32,000 bases of DNA from Sinorhizobium meliloti (GCF_017876815.1 NZ_JAGIOS010000001.1:1440001-1472000), one strand, 5' to 3'; positions 8,286 to 18,902 are shown, counted from the first letter of the stretch. Translations and numbers: made by a program. The notes: generated from the sequence alone by a model not told the origin.

Positions 8286-9059
8286 CTATTTCGAAACGTC
8301 GGCGCCGAAATATTTCTGCGAGATCTTCTCATAGGTGCCGTCGGCCTTGATCTCGGCCAGCGCCTTGTTGATCGCTTCGAGCAGCTCCGGCTCGCCCTTG
8401 CGGATGATGATGCCCGAATAATCGGCATCGGGCTTTTCGGCGGCGATCTTCACATTCGCATCCGGCTTCTGCTTCTTGAAGTCGAGGAAGGAGAGGCTGT
8501 CATTGATGGTCGCGTCGGCGCGGCCCGTCAGCACGAGCTGGATCGACTGGTCGAAACCGTCGGTTCCGACGAGCTCGGCGCCCGAGGCTTGCGCGAGCTT
8601 GCCGAAGTTGCTGGTCAGCGACTGTGCCGATTTCTTGCCCTTCAGGTCGGCGAAGTCCTTGATCTCCTCGTCGTCGCCGCGGACGATCAGCACGGCCTTG
8701 GAGGCGATATAGGGTTCGGAGAAATCGTATTTCTTCTTGCGCTCCTCGGTGATGCCGACCTGGTTGATGACAGCGTCGTAACGGTTGGCGTCGAGGCCGG
8801 CGATCAGTCCATCCCACTTGCCTTCCAGGAATTCCGGCTTGACGCCGAGGCGCTTGGCGACTTCCTGGCCGATCTCGACGTCGAAGCCGACGAGAGCGCC
8901 GCTCGCGTCATGATAGGTGAAGGGGGCGTAGGTGCCCTCGGTGCCGATCTTCAGCACGCCTGCGGACTTGACCTCGTCCAGGTTCTGCCCCGCCTCAGCG
9001 GGAACGAAGGCGGCGAATTGCAGGAGTGCGGCGGCAAAAAGCGTCGGAAGGAGTTTCAT
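8286..9059 (-). CDS. Periplasmic amino-acid (cystine-type, FliY/TcyJ-like) substrate-binding protein
   Basis: I chose the internal ATG at 9059 (MKLLPTLFAAALLQFAAFVPAEA, a signal peptide) rather than the track start at 9290. The motifs LKIGTEGTYAPFTYHD...KWDGLIAGLD..RYD.VINQVGITEERKKKYDFSEPY...YFGADVSK resemble FliY as recalled. Confidence 0.88.
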   Translation of the reverse strand: MKLLPTLFAAALLQFAAFVPAEAGQNLDEVKSAGVLKIGTEGTYAPFTYHDASGALVGFDVEIGQEVAKRLGVKPEFLEGKWDGLIAGLDANRYDAVINQVGITEERKKKYDFSEPYIASKAVLIVRGDDEEIKDFADLKGKKSAQSLTSNFGKLAQASGAELVGTDGFDQSIQLVLTGRADATINDSLSFLDFKKQKPDANVKIAAEKPDADYSGIIIRKGEPELLEAINKALAEIKADGTYEKISQKYFGADVSK

Positions 9060-9329
9060 CGTTGTTTTTCCAGTTCTGGTTCTCCGGCCCGTCATCCGGA
9101 TTACAGCGAATTTCGCATAAACCCGCCGGTTTCCAAGCGTATAAAAGACCAATTCCGAACGGTTTCGATAAAGATTTTTCCTCAGATGGCCGATTCCCAC
9201 CCAAAACGCTGAGGCGTGAAATGTTCCGTTTGCGTGCCTGCGGTTTTGCGGCAGGCGGGATTGAAAGCCGCGCTCGGGAATGATAATCACGTTTCCATCG
9301 ATTCATGCACGATTATGCACGGTTCCAGG

Positions 9330-10112
9330 ATGTCCACCGATCTGCTGCTGCGAGAGAGAAAGAGCCTGATCCAGGAAAGGCTGAGAACCGAGGGCCGGGT
9401 GCTCGCGGTCGATCTCGCGCGCGAATTCGGCGTGTCGGAAGACACGATCCGTCGCGACCTGCGCGAGATGGCCGCCGCCGGCCTTTGCGAGCGCGTCTAT
9501 GGCGGAGCGCTGCCGGTTGCGCCCGACGCAGGCTCGCTTGTGGCCCGGATATCCCGCGCGCCCGAACGCAAGGCGGCGCTGGCGCGGGCTGCCGTCGCCT
9601 TTCTAAGGCCGCGCATGACCGTGTTCCTCGACGCCGGCTCCGCCAATCTGGCGATTGCGCAGGCAATCGGACCGGACCTCTCCGCGACGATCATCACCAA
9701 TACGCCGCCGATCGCCGCGGCCTTGATGGAGAAGCCGGGCATCGAGGTCATTCTGGTGGGCGGGCCGCTGAACCGCGCTGTCGGCGCGGCGGTCGGTGCG
9801 CGGGCGCAGCGCGATGCCGAGCTCTTGCGGCCCGATCTCGCGATTCTCGGAACCTGCGGTGCGGATGCCGAAGCAGGGCTGACCGCGTTCCACTTCGAGG
9901 ATGCGGAATTCAAGCGGCTGATCGCTTCCAGGAGCCGCGCCCTGCTTGCGGCCGTCACGACCGACAAGCTCGGTACCGCAGCACCGCATACGGTGGTCGC
10001 CATAGACGGCGCCTCCACGCTCGTTCTCGAGGCGGATGCGCCGGAAGCCGAGGTCGCGGCCTTCACGGCGCGGGGGGCGAACGTCGTTCTCGCGAAGGAG
10101 CCTATCCGGTGA
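9330..10112 (+). CDS. DeoR-family transcriptional regulator
   Basis: N-terminal HTH (RKSLIQERLRTEGRVLAVDLAREFGVSEDTIRRDLREMAAAGL) followed by a DeoR C-terminal sugar-phosphate-sensor-like domain. The start is uncertain: ATG 9330 is preferred, and 9315 and 9216 are in-frame alternatives. Confidence 0.8.
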   Translation: MSTDLLLRERKSLIQERLRTEGRVLAVDLAREFGVSEDTIRRDLREMAAAGLCERVYGGALPVAPDAGSLVARISRAPERKAALARAAVAFLRPRMTVFLDAGSANLAIAQAIGPDLSATIITNTPPIAAALMEKPGIEVILVGGPLNRAVGAAVGARAQRDAELLRPDLAILGTCGADAEAGLTAFHFEDAEFKRLIASRSRALLAAVTTDKLGTAAPHTVVAIDGASTLVLEADAPEAEVAAFTARGANVVLAKEPIR

Positions 10113-10179
10113 TCCGCGATCCCGACGGCAATCGAAATCACCAATTGAGCCGGACGATCCGGCAGCGGAAGGTTAACCC

Positions 10180-11370
10180 ATGGATCAGCGCACAGATTCC
10201 GCCCCGAAAGCCGTTGGCCGGCAGGGCTATATGTCGAAAAACCGGCTTGCCGTGTCTCTCCTGTTTCTGATGAACGGCTTCGTCACCGGAAGCTGGGCGC
10301 CGAAAATCCCGGAGTTCAAGGAGCGGCTCGGCATCGGCGAGAGCGTTCTCGGTCTTCTCATCCTCGGTTTCGGCATCGGCTCGCTGGTGCTGATGCCGAT
10401 TGCCGGCGGCTTCATCGCCCGTCTCGGCTCGCAGAAGGTGGTCAAGGTCACGGCGATCATCCTTTCACCGCTGCTTCTCCTTCTGACGCTCCTGCCGAAT
10501 CTGTGGACGGCAGCACTCGGCATGTTCCTGCTGGGTGGCTTCGTCGGCGCGATGGATGTGGCCATGAACGCCAATGCCGTCGAGGTCGAGAAGTCGATGC
10601 GCCGTGCCATCATGTCCTCGTGCCACGCCTATTGGAGCCTCGGCGGGCTGATCGGCGCGGGGATCGGCGGCTTTCTGATGGCGCGCTTCGGCGTGCTGCC
10701 GCATGCGATCGTCGTCACCTGCCTGTGTCTTGCGATACTCGCGGTTGCCTGGCCGATGATCCTTGCCGACCGTCCGCATCCTGCGGCAACCAGAGAGAAG
10801 CTCAGGCTGCCGATGACACCGCTGCCCTGGCTGATCGGCATCATGGCCCTTTTCTCGATGGTGCCCGAGGGTGCCGTTCTCGACTGGGGTGCGCTTTATC
10901 TGAAGGATGAACTCGGCGCCTCCGTCGAGCTTTCGGGCTTCGGTTTTGCCGCCTTCTCGGCGACCATGGCGGCGATGCGCTTTGCCGGCGATCACGTGCG
11001 CGACCGGCTCGGCGCCACTCTGACCTTGCGCATCTGCACCGTGACCGCTCTCGCCGGCATGGTGCTGGCCGGTCTCGCTCCCAATGCCGTTCTCGCGATC
11101 CTCGGTTTTGCGCTTGCAGGCATCGGCATATCCAACATGGTGCCGATCGCCTTTTCGGCCGCCGGCAATATGCCGGGTCTGCAGCCGGGCATAGGGCTGT
11201 CGGTCGCGACCACCATGGGCTATTCCGGCATGCTGTTTGCGCCCTCATTGATCGGCTTCATCGCGGAACACAGCGGCTTCGCGATCATCTTCGCCTGCGT
11301 TCCCGTGCTGTTCATCGTGGTGCTCCTGCTTTCGCATCACGCCGTTCACGCGGATCACAGCAAGGGGTGA
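10180..11370 (+). CDS. MFS transporter
   Basis: 396 aa, roughly 12 hydrophobic segments. GGAAGG SD lies 7 nt before ATG 10180; ATG 10231 is an alternative start. Confidence 0.8.
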   Translation: MDQRTDSAPKAVGRQGYMSKNRLAVSLLFLMNGFVTGSWAPKIPEFKERLGIGESVLGLLILGFGIGSLVLMPIAGGFIARLGSQKVVKVTAIILSPLLLLLTLLPNLWTAALGMFLLGGFVGAMDVAMNANAVEVEKSMRRAIMSSCHAYWSLGGLIGAGIGGFLMARFGVLPHAIVVTCLCLAILAVAWPMILADRPHPAATREKLRLPMTPLPWLIGIMALFSMVPEGAVLDWGALYLKDELGASVELSGFGFAAFSATMAAMRFAGDHVRDRLGATLTLRICTVTALAGMVLAGLAPNAVLAILGFALAGIGISNMVPIAFSAAGNMPGLQPGIGLSVATTMGYSGMLFAPSLIGFIAEHSGFAIIFACVPVLFIVVLLLSHHAVHADHSKG

Positions 11371-11539
11371 TCGTCGTTTGGGCGGATGAGGGGCAGTCGC
11401 GCAGCCGCTGCCATCAATTCGCCGTCAGCGCGTGATGTTGCCGTTGACAAGCGGGCGTTCCTTCGCCACCTGAAGTGAAAGTTCCCGGGCGGTCCGTGCG
11501 CGTTCCGCTCTGCAGCAACGGACCCAAGAAGAGGCCTTC

Positions 11540-12793
11540 ATGTCTTCTGCCTTCGATTTCGAGCCACAGCCGCGCCGCGCCTCGGTCGCCGTCGATGTCG
11601 GCGGCGTGATTGTCGGCGGCGGTGCTCCGGTCGTCGTCCAGTCGATGACGAACACCGATACGGCCGATATCGATGCGACGGTCGCGCAGGTGGCCGCACT
11701 CCACAAGGCAGGGTCGGAGCTGGTGCGCATCACGGTCGACCGCGACGAGAGCGCCGCGGCCGTGCCGAAGATCCGCGAGCGGCTCCTGCGCCTCGGCATT
11801 GACGTGCCGCTCGTCGGCGATTTTCACTATATCGGCCACAAGCTGCTCGCCGATCATCCGGCCTGCGCCGAGGCGCTTGCGAAATACCGCATCAATCCCG
11901 GCAATGTCGGCTTCAAGGACAAGAAGGACAAGCAGTTCGCCGAAATCATCGAAATGGCGATCCGCTACGACAAGCCTGTGCGGATCGGGGTGAACTGGGG
12001 CTCGCTCGACCAGGAGCTCCTGACGCGGCTGATGGACGCGAACCAGGCGAATGGCTCCCCTCTGACGGCACAACAGGTGATGCGCGAGACGATCGTGCAG
12101 TCGGCGCTTCTCTCGGCGGAACTTGCCGAGGAGCTGGGCCTGCCGCGTAGCCGCATCATCCTGTCCGCCAAGGTTTCGGGCGTGCAGGATCTGATCGCCG
12201 TCTATGCGATGCTCGCCGCGCGTTCCGACCATGCGCTTCATCTCGGCCTCACCGAGGCGGGCATGGGCACCAAGGGCATCGTCGCCTCTTCCGCCTCGCT
12301 CGGCATCCTGATGCAGCAGGGCATCGGCGACACCATCCGCATTTCCCTGACGCCCGAGCCCGGAGGCGACCGCACGCGCGAGGTGCAGGTGGCGCAGGAG
12401 CTTCTGCAGGTGATGGGCTTCCGTCAGTTCATTCCGGTCGTCGCGGCCTGTCCGGGCTGCGGGCGCACCACCTCGACCGTGTTCCAGGAACTCGCCCAGA
12501 AGATCCAGGAGGATATCCGCGCGAGCATGCCGGTCTGGCGTGAGAAATATCCGGGCGTCGAGGCGCTGAAGGTCGCCGTGATGGGCTGCATCGTCAACGG
12601 CCCCGGCGAGAGCAAGCATGCCGATATCGGTATTTCGCTTCCCGGAACCGGCGAAATGCCGGCCGCACCCGTATTCATCGACGGGCAGAAGGCGCTGACG
12701 CTGCGCGGGCCGAAGATCGCCGAGGACTTTCAGCTGCTCGTCGCCGATTATATCGAGAAACGCTTCGGCCACGGCCAGGCGGCGGCGGAATAG
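11540..12793 (+). CDS. ispG: 4-hydroxy-3-methylbut-2-en-1-yl diphosphate synthase (MEP pathway)
   Basis: 417 aa with [19 protein letters not shown] and the Fe-S cysteines in ACPGCGRT...[10 protein letters not shown], as in the IspG/GcpE family. Confidence 0.95.
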   Translation: MSSAFDFEPQPRRASVAVDVGGVIVGGGAPVVVQSMTNTDTADIDATVAQVAALHKAGSELVRITVDRDESAAAVPKIRERLLRLGIDVPLVGDFHYIGHKLLADHPACAEALAKYRINPGNVGFKDKKDKQFAEIIEMAIRYDKPVRIGVNWGSLDQELLTRLMDANQANGSPLTAQQVMRETIVQSALLSAELAEELGLPRSRIILSAKVSGVQDLIAVYAMLAARSDHALHLGLTEAGMGTKGIVASSASLGILMQQGIGDTIRISLTPEPGGDRTREVQVAQELLQVMGFRQFIPVVAACPGCGRTTSTVFQELAQKIQEDIRASMPVWREKYPGVEALKVAVMGCIVNGPGESKHADIGISLPGTGEMPAAPVFIDGQKALTLRGPKIAEDFQLLVADYIEKRFGHGQAAAE

Positions 12794-12802
12794 TATCGAG
12801 GA

Positions 12803-13444
12803 TCAGAGCCGTGCCGTCAGCAGCTTGAAGCCCGCAAAGGCGAAGAAGCCGGCCATCAGGCTCTCGATGATCCGCCGCGATTTCAGATAGGCGCGATGCA
12901 CCGGCGCGAGCGAGAAGACGATCGCGAAGCCGCAGAAGATCACGAGGCCGATCAGCATGCAGCCGCCGATGAAGGCGGCCGTGACGCCGACCGGCGCGCC
13001 CTCCGGCATCCCGAGCGAGACCAGCATGATCCAGGCGAAGATCGCCTTCGGATTGGTCAGGTGGATCCCGAGACCTTTGAGGTAAAGCTTCTTCAGCGAG
13101 GAAGTCGGGGGAACACGAAGGGCGGACGGTTGGGCGTCGCCCTGCATCGCCGCTCTGAGCGCGTTATAGGCAAGCCAGAACAGATAGCAGGCGCCGGCGA
13201 TCTTCAGGACGATGATCGCCTGGCCATAGGTCCGGATGAGGGCCGACAGGCCGGAAGCCGTCAGCATCGCCCAGGTGTAGCTGCCGCTCAGCACGCCGAA
13301 GGCGAGCGCCAGGCCCGCGCTTCTCCCCCGGCTGACCGAGGTCGCGATGATCGCCAGAACCGCTGGCCCCGGCGAAGCAACGGCGATGATATAAGCTGTC
13401 CACGCGACGAGGAGCTGCGGCAGATAGGGCGTGAGGTCGAGCAT
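12803..13444 (-). CDS. LysE/RhtB-family amino-acid efflux protein
   Basis: 213 aa with 5-6 TM segments. The N-terminal SPGPAVLAIIA motif is typical of LysE/RhtB exporters. Convergent with ispG, 9-nt gap. Confidence 0.85.
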   Translation of the reverse strand: MLDLTPYLPQLLVAWTAYIIAVASPGPAVLAIIATSVSRGRSAGLALAFGVLSGSYTWAMLTASGLSALIRTYGQAIIVLKIAGACYLFWLAYNALRAAMQGDAQPSALRVPPTSSLKKLYLKGLGIHLTNPKAIFAWIMLVSLGMPEGAPVGVTAAFIGGCMLIGLVIFCGFAIVFSLAPVHRAYLKSRRIIESLMAGFFAFAGFKLLTARL

Positions 13445-13554
13445 GACGGCGTCCGATTGTCCTTGCGGACGGGACAGTAGCCGAGGCTTCAGTTGATGCC
13501 AATGGGGTGCGCGATGCCCCGAGCGCGAAGAAACGGCCGGTATGTTTTTGGCTT

Positions 13555-14002
13555 GCCCTCATCCGGCCTGCCGGCCACCTTCTCCCCGCAAGCGGGGCGA
13601 AGGAGATTCGCGGTGAAGCGTTGCCCAAGTCCCCTCTCCCTGCAAGTCCCCTCTCCCTGACTGCGCTAGGGCATATACGCATCTGATCCTCTCGCGGAAT
13701 CCGTTGCCATGGGGAGAAACCGGCTGGCTCTCGCTTCCAGTGATGCGGTCTCCCGACGGCATCGTTTGGGATAGGTGGAGGTCAAGCCGCTTGTCGTCTC
13801 CCCCACAAGGGGGGAGAATATATGCGGCGAGCTCTCGCCTCCACTTCTGCGTTCTGTCCGTGGCATCGTTTAGGCATGCGAAGGTCAAACCGCTTATCGC
13901 ATACTCATGGCAACGGCTCCCGCCGGAGGAGCAGATATGCATATGCCATAGCCGGCCTGCCGGGAGAGGGTTGGTCCTCGGGTTAAACCCGAGGAGAGGG
14001 GC
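13555..14002. repeat. Mosaic of dispersed palindromic elements, a 17-nt tandem duplication and a ~39-nt direct repeat
   Basis: 13555-13603 is a copy of the 8216-8264 element. 13627-13660 is 2 x AAGTCCCCTCTCCCTG(C/A). 13758-13796 and 13862-13899 share GGCATCGTTTrGG...GGTCAArCCGCTTrTCG. 13797-13817 is the hairpin TCTCCCCC-acaag-GGGGGAGA. 13951-14002 is an inverted copy of the 8095-8145 element. Confidence 0.8.
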
Positions 14003-14028
14003 GAAACGCGCCGTTCGCCGTTCGGCCC

Positions 14029-15084
14029 TCACAGAACCTCGTCGAGCGCCGCGACCAGCTTGGCGCATTCCGCGTCGGTGCCGATGGTGATGCGCAGGAA
14101 ATCCGCGATTCGCGGCTTGGCGAAATGGCGGACGATCACAGCCCTTTCGCGAAGTTTCGCCGCCAGCGTCTGGCCCGCATGTCCGGGGTGGCGGGCGAAG
14201 ACGAAGTTTGCCTGCGACGGCAGGACCTCGAAGCCGCGCTTTTCGAGTTCGCTCGTCAGCTTCGCCCGCGAGGCGATGATCTTGCCGCGGGTCGCCTCGA
14301 ACCACGCCTCGTCCTCGATCGCAGCCGTTGCGCCGGCCTGGGCGGCGCGTCCGAGCGGATAGGAGTTGAAGCTGTCCTTGACGCGCTCCAGCGCCTCGAT
14401 CAGCGGCCGCTGGCCGATCGCGAAGCCGACGCGCAGGCCGGCCAGCGCGCGTGACTTCGAGAAGGTCTGAACGACGAGCAGGTTGTCGTATTTCGGAACG
14501 AGCGCGATTGCGGATTCGCCGCCGAAATCGATATAGGCCTCGTCGATCACCACCGGCTGACCGGGATGGTCGGCCACCAGCCTTTCGATTTCGGCAAGCG
14601 GCAGGCCGATGCCGGTCGGGGCGTTCGGGTTCGGCAGGATGACCGCGCCCGAGGGCCGGCGATAATCGGCGATGTCGATGCGGAATGCGGCGTCGAGCGG
14701 CACCTCCACCGCCTCGATGCCGAAAAGGCCCGCATAGGTCGTGTAGAAGCTGTAGGAGATGTCCGGAAAAAGTAGCGGCCTGTCGTGCTTCAGCAGCGCC
14801 GCGAATGTGTGTGCCAGGACCTCGTCGGAACCGTTGCCGACGAAGACTTCGCCGACCGATACCTGGTGGCGCGCGGCGATCGCCTGCCGCAGTCCGAGAG
14901 CGACCGGATCCGGGTAGAGCCGGAGATCCGTGTCTGCGGCCGCCCGGATCGCCCCCAGCGCCTTTTCCGAGGGGCCATAGGGGCTCTCGTTGGTGTTGAG
15001 CTTGACGAGATCGGCCATGCGCGGCTGTTCACCGGGGACGTAAGGTTTCAGCGCGGCAACGATCGGCGACCAAAGTTTGCTCAT
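14029..15084 (-). CDS. hisC: Histidinol-phosphate aminotransferase (class II aminotransferase)
   Basis: I chose ATG 15084 ([20 protein letters not shown]...), which has AGGA 9 nt upstream; the longer track ORF N-terminus is Arg/Pro-rich junk. Motifs: [40 protein letters not shown]. It begins 4 nt after the ispA stop. Confidence 0.9.
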   Translation of the reverse strand: MSKLWSPIVAALKPYVPGEQPRMADLVKLNTNESPYGPSEKALGAIRAAADTDLRLYPDPVALGLRQAIAARHQVSVGEVFVGNGSDEVLAHTFAALLKHDRPLLFPDISYSFYTTYAGLFGIEAVEVPLDAAFRIDIADYRRPSGAVILPNPNAPTGIGLPLAEIERLVADHPGQPVVIDEAYIDFGGESAIALVPKYDNLLVVQTFSKSRALAGLRVGFAIGQRPLIEALERVKDSFNSYPLGRAAQAGATAAIEDEAWFEATRGKIIASRAKLTSELEKRGFEVLPSQANFVFARHPGHAGQTLAAKLRERAVIVRHFAKPRIADFLRITIGTDAECAKLVAALDEVL

Positions 15085-15088
15085 GAGC

Positions 15089-16003
15089 TCAGTTCCTGCG
15101 GTTGGCGATGAAGCGGGCGGTTTCGGCAAGGATCGCCGAGCGTGGTCCGTAGGGTTCGAGCAGGCCTTCCGCCTCGGCCACCAGGCTTTCGAGCCGCCGC
15201 TCGGCCCAGGGCTGGCCATGCAGGGAGACAAGCGTGCCCTTCCCCCGTGCGGCATCCTTGCCGGTCGCCTTGCCGACGATTGCGGCATCGGCGGTGAGGT
15301 CGAGCAGGTCGTCGGCAAGCTGGAAGGCGAGGCCGATCTTGTCCCCGAAGGCGCGCAGCCGTCGGCGGTCCTCTGCCGGCGCATCGGCGATGATCGCGCC
15401 CGCCTCGCAGGCGAAGCGGATGAGGGCACCTGTCTTCATCGACTGCAAGAGGACGATGCCCGCTTCGTCGGGGGCGCTCTTTTCGGCGGCTAGGTCGAGC
15501 GCCTGACCGCCGGCCATGCCCCCATGCCCCGCGGCGCGCGCGAGCGCCAGCACGAGCGTCGTCTTCTGACGGTCGGAGAGCGCCGTTTCCGGCGCCGCGA
15601 CGATGTCGAAGGCGAAGGTCAGCAGGCTGTCGCCCGCAAGGATCGCCGTCGCCTCGTCGAAGGCGACGTGCACCGTCGGCTTTCCGCGGCGCATGTCGTC
15701 GTCGTCCATGGCCGGGAGGTCGTCATGGACGAGCGAATAGCAGTGGATGCATTCGAGCGCGGCGCCTGTTCTGAGCGCCGCTTCCGCATCGCCGCCGAGG
15801 AGGGCCGTGCTTTCGGCGACGAGAAAAGGCCGCAGCCGCTTGCCGCCGTTGAGCACGCCATGGCGCATGGCTCCGAGCAGGTTTGCCGGGCGGGCGATTT
15901 CGCCCGTGCCCACGGCCGGACCGAGCAATGTCTCGAGCAGCGCTTCGACCGCGACCGCGTTGGTCTTGAGGCGCGCCGGAAAGGATGATCTCTCGTCTTT
16001 CAT
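15089..16003 (-). CDS. ispA: Farnesyl-diphosphate synthase / polyprenyl synthetase
   Basis: ATG 16003 ([12 protein letters not shown]...). Both aspartate-rich motifs are present: [20 protein letters not shown] and FQLADDLLD. Confidence 0.88.
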   Translation of the reverse strand: MKDERSSFPARLKTNAVAVEALLETLLGPAVGTGEIARPANLLGAMRHGVLNGGKRLRPFLVAESTALLGGDAEAALRTGAALECIHCYSLVHDDLPAMDDDDMRRGKPTVHVAFDEATAILAGDSLLTFAFDIVAAPETALSDRQKTTLVLALARAAGHGGMAGGQALDLAAEKSAPDEAGIVLLQSMKTGALIRFACEAGAIIADAPAEDRRRLRAFGDKIGLAFQLADDLLDLTADAAIVGKATGKDAARGKGTLVSLHGQPWAERRLESLVAEAEGLLEPYGPRSAILAETARFIANRRN

Positions 16004-16153
16004 AAAGGCTCTTTGACACGCGGCGGAGCGGCTTTCAACGGGCTTTGGCGTCGCAGCGCACAGGGCTGGTCCGGGGATGACGGCGCTGCAGAGCCTTGCC
16101 TTTTGCGAGAAAGGCCGTTCAACTTTCGCTCGCCATCGCATATGAGAGGGTGA

Positions 16154-16942
16154 ATGGGACAAGAGGCGGGCGGAAAAGAGGTGGACGGACGGGGCGTGGA
16201 GATCGTTTCGGAAGAACGCGAGGAGGCGGAGTTGCCCGCCGGTCGCTGGACGGCCACGCGCAGGACCTGGCGCTCGCGGCGGCGTCGGCTCGTTTTTATC
16301 GTCCTCTCAGTTCTCATCCTGCCCTATGCCCTGATCGGCCTCTATCTCTTGGAGTTCATTCACCCGGTTTCGACACTGATGCTGCGCGATCTCGTGCTGC
16401 TGCGCGGCTATGACCGGCAGTGGGTGGAATTCGACGACATCGCGCCGGTGCTCGTCCAGTCGGTGATGATGTCGGAGGACGGGCAGTTCTGCGCCCATGC
16501 CGGCATCGATTGGGCGCAGATGCGCGGCGTCGTCGAGGATGCGCTCGACGGCGAACAGACGCGCGGCGCCAGCACGATCCCGATGCAGACGGTCAAGAAC
16601 CTGTTCCTCTGGAACGGCCGTTCCTTCGTGCGCAAGGCGATGGAACTACCGCTCGCGATCGCGGCCGATTTCGCCTGGAGCAAGCGGCGCCTGATGGAGA
16701 TCTACCTGAACGTCGCCGAATGGGGCGAGGGCATATACGGGATCGAGGCCGCCGCCCGGCATCATTTCGGCGTTTCGGCGGCGAAGCTTTCGCGCCGCCA
16801 GGCCGCTCTCCTCGCCGTCTCGCTGCCCAACCCGATCGATCGCACTGCCGGCAAGCCGGGGCGTGGCCTGCGGCGTCTCGCTGCGGTGATCGAACGCCGG
16901 GCCGGCCGCTCCGGCGGTTATATCACGTGCCTTTATGATTAG
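16154..16942 (+). CDS. mtgA: Monofunctional peptidoglycan glycosyltransferase
   Basis: One TM segment followed by a GT51 domain ([14 protein letters not shown]...[17 protein letters not shown]...[24 protein letters not shown]). Confidence 0.9.
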   Translation: MGQEAGGKEVDGRGVEIVSEEREEAELPAGRWTATRRTWRSRRRRLVFIVLSVLILPYALIGLYLLEFIHPVSTLMLRDLVLLRGYDRQWVEFDDIAPVLVQSVMMSEDGQFCAHAGIDWAQMRGVVEDALDGEQTRGASTIPMQTVKNLFLWNGRSFVRKAMELPLAIAADFAWSKRRLMEIYLNVAEWGEGIYGIEAAARHHFGVSAAKLSRRQAALLAVSLPNPIDRTAGKPGRGLRRLAAVIERRAGRSGGYITCLYD

Positions 16943-17031
16943 GATGAAACCAATTCATTGGTTCGCCGGCCTCTGATGTGGCAAGGCTGCGTTTGTATCT
17001 CGCATGAGCGAACCCAGTCGGAGACAGGATC

Positions 17032-17679
17032 ATGGCCAAGCTCGTCCTCTATGTCGGCAACAAGAACTATTCGTCCTGGTCGCTGCGGCCCTGGCTCGCC
17101 CTCACGGCCGGCGGAATTCCGTTCGAGGACGTCGTCGTTCCCTTCGATTTTGCGGCCGGAAATCCGCGTTTTCACGAAATCTCGCCCACGGGCCGCGTTC
17201 CCGTTCTTCATCACGGCGAGATCCGCATATGGGAATCGCTCGCGATCATCGAATATGTCGCGGAGCTTTTCCCGGATGCGGGTCTCTGGCCGGAGGACCG
17301 CGCGGATCGTGCCCGTGCGCGCAGCTACTCCATGGAGATGCTCTCCGGCTTCCGGGCGCTGCGCGGCGCCTGCCCGATGAACATCCGCCGTCCGAGAAAG
17401 GCGATCGCTCTGCCGGACGGCGTCGTCGAGGACGTGGCGCGGATCGAGACGATCTGGCGGGAGTCGGTCGCGCAATCAGGGGGGCCGTTCCTTTTCGGCC
17501 GGTTCACCGCGGCCGACGCTATGTTCGCCCCGGTCGTCAACCGTTTCGAGACCTATGAGCTCGTGGCGGACCCGGCGACGCTCGCCTATATTGACGCCGT
17601 CAAGGCGCATCCGGCCTTCCGCCAATGGGAGGAGGCGGCGAGAGTCGAAACATGGATCGTACCCGAGGACGAGGCCTGA
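17032..17679 (+). CDS. Glutathione S-transferase family protein
   Basis: 215 aa with GGAGACAGGA SD. It has a thioredoxin-like N-domain (KNYSSWSLRPWL...RVPVLHHGEIRIWESLAIIEY) and an alpha-helical C-domain, YfcF-like. Confidence 0.8.
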   Translation: MAKLVLYVGNKNYSSWSLRPWLALTAGGIPFEDVVVPFDFAAGNPRFHEISPTGRVPVLHHGEIRIWESLAIIEYVAELFPDAGLWPEDRADRARARSYSMEMLSGFRALRGACPMNIRRPRKAIALPDGVVEDVARIETIWRESVAQSGGPFLFGRFTAADAMFAPVVNRFETYELVADPATLAYIDAVKAHPAFRQWEEAARVETWIVPEDEA

Positions 17680-17842
17680 GGCGGATCGGGGCTTCCCGCG
17701 CCCGAGTCGAAAATTTGCCCGCGGGGACTGGTCAAAGTGCGGTTCGACATGTATAAGCGCGCGAAATTCCGAGATCGACATCTGTTTGACCCGGCCCTTT
17801 TCGGCTGCTGAACAGTGTTTTGCCCGATAAGTGGAGAATGAA

Positions 17843-18028
17843 ATGGCTGTACCGAAAAGAAAAACGAGCCCGTCCAAGCGTGGCATGCGCCGTTCCGCTG
17901 ACGCCCTCAAGGCTCCGACCTACATCGAAGACAAGAACTCCGGCGAACTGCGCCGCCCGCATCACATCGACCTGAAGACCGGCATGTATCGCGGCCGCCA
18001 GGTCCTGACGCCGAAGGAAAACGCATAA
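17843..18028 (+). CDS. rpmF: 50S ribosomal protein L32
   Basis: [18 protein letters not shown]... with a GGAGAA SD. The internal ATG 17843 is chosen over the GTG start at 17831 in the track. Confidence 0.95.
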   Translation: MAVPKRKTSPSKRGMRRSADALKAPTYIEDKNSGELRRPHHIDLKTGMYRGRQVLTPKENA

Positions 18029-18056
18029 GCGTTTCCGCCTGCGGATGAAGTTCGAA

Positions 18057-18084
18057 GGGTCGGCATTGCCGGCCCTTTTTCTTT
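18057..18084 (+). terminator. Rho-independent terminator after rpmF
   Basis: GGGTCGGC-att-GCCGGCCC stem (one G-U pair) followed by TTTTTCTTT. It lies between the convergent rpmF and phaR genes. Confidence 0.7.
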
Positions 18085-18101
18085 GGTGGATCGAGGGGTG
18101 A

Positions 18102-18680
18102 TCAGCCCAGATTATCCAGTTTCGTCTGAAGGGCGCGGAGCTGTTCCTTCAGTTCGTCGATGTCCTTCGCCTCGGCCTTCCTGGTTTCCTTGGCCGGCGG
18201 GGCGGCCATGAAGGGCGAAAACATCTGCATGGCCTGATGGAACATTTCAGTGTTGCGCCGGACCTGTTCCTCGACGAGCTGCAGCGGCACCTTCAGGTTC
18301 TTGCCGATCGGCGTATCGCCGAAGGCCTTGGTGATCTGCTCCCGCATCTGCGCCTGCTGTTCGGTGAAGGCCTGCATCGAGTGCTCGAGATAGCTCGGTA
18401 CGACCATCTGCATCTGGTCGCCATAAAAGGAGATCAACTGGCGGAGAAAGGAAATCGGCAGGAGCGTGTTGCCGGTCTTCGACTCCTGTTCGAAGATGAT
18501 CTGCGTCAGCACGGAATGGGTTATATCTTCGCCGGACTTGGCATCCTGAACTATGAAGTCCTCGCCCCTCTTCACCATGACAGCCAGGTCGTCGAGGGTC
18601 ACGTAAGTGCTCGTACCGGTATTGTAGAGTCGCCGGTTCGCGTATTTCTTGATAACGATCTGGCCTTCGTTTTTCCCCAT
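18102..18680 (-). CDS. phaR: Polyhydroxyalkanoate synthesis repressor PhaR (AniA)
   Basis: IKKYANRRLYNTGTSTYVTLDDLAVMVKRGEDFIVQDAKSGEDITHSVLTQIIFEQE is the PhaR signature. [11 protein letters not shown]; divergent from phaA. Confidence 0.93.
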   Translation of the reverse strand: MGKNEGQIVIKKYANRRLYNTGTSTYVTLDDLAVMVKRGEDFIVQDAKSGEDITHSVLTQIIFEQESKTGNTLLPISFLRQLISFYGDQMQMVVPSYLEHSMQAFTEQQAQMREQITKAFGDTPIGKNLKVPLQLVEEQVRRNTEMFHQAMQMFSPFMAAPPAKETRKAEAKDIDELKEQLRALQTKLDNLG

Positions 18681-18902
18681 CAGGGTCTCCTCTTACCCAT
18701 GGTCCCGTCTTTATTGTATTTTTCAGAGTATCCGCAAAAGAGCGCCACTGACAATCTCTTTGTGCAATGCGGCGACGCAGGTGCGAAGGAGCGCCGACAA
18801 GCGACCGTGAAGCTTTTGCGGCAGTGCAACTAGCCGTTTGACTCGCGCTCCTCCCTTTGCCAGTCTGCCTCCATCAGGCAAAGCAAATATGAGGAACGTC
18901 CC

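Noticed and set aside
9205-9227. An EcfG-like GGAAC...CGTT motif on the minus strand in the spacer between the binding-protein and DeoR genes.
   Set aside because: The spacer between GGAAC and CGTT is only 14 nt, whereas functional EcfG promoters use 16-17 nt.
16948-16963. The palindrome AACCAAT-tc-ATTGGTT between mtgA and the GST gene.
   Set aside because: It is short (7-bp arms), with no supporting context. It may simply be a weak transcript-end hairpin, so I did not report it as a finding.
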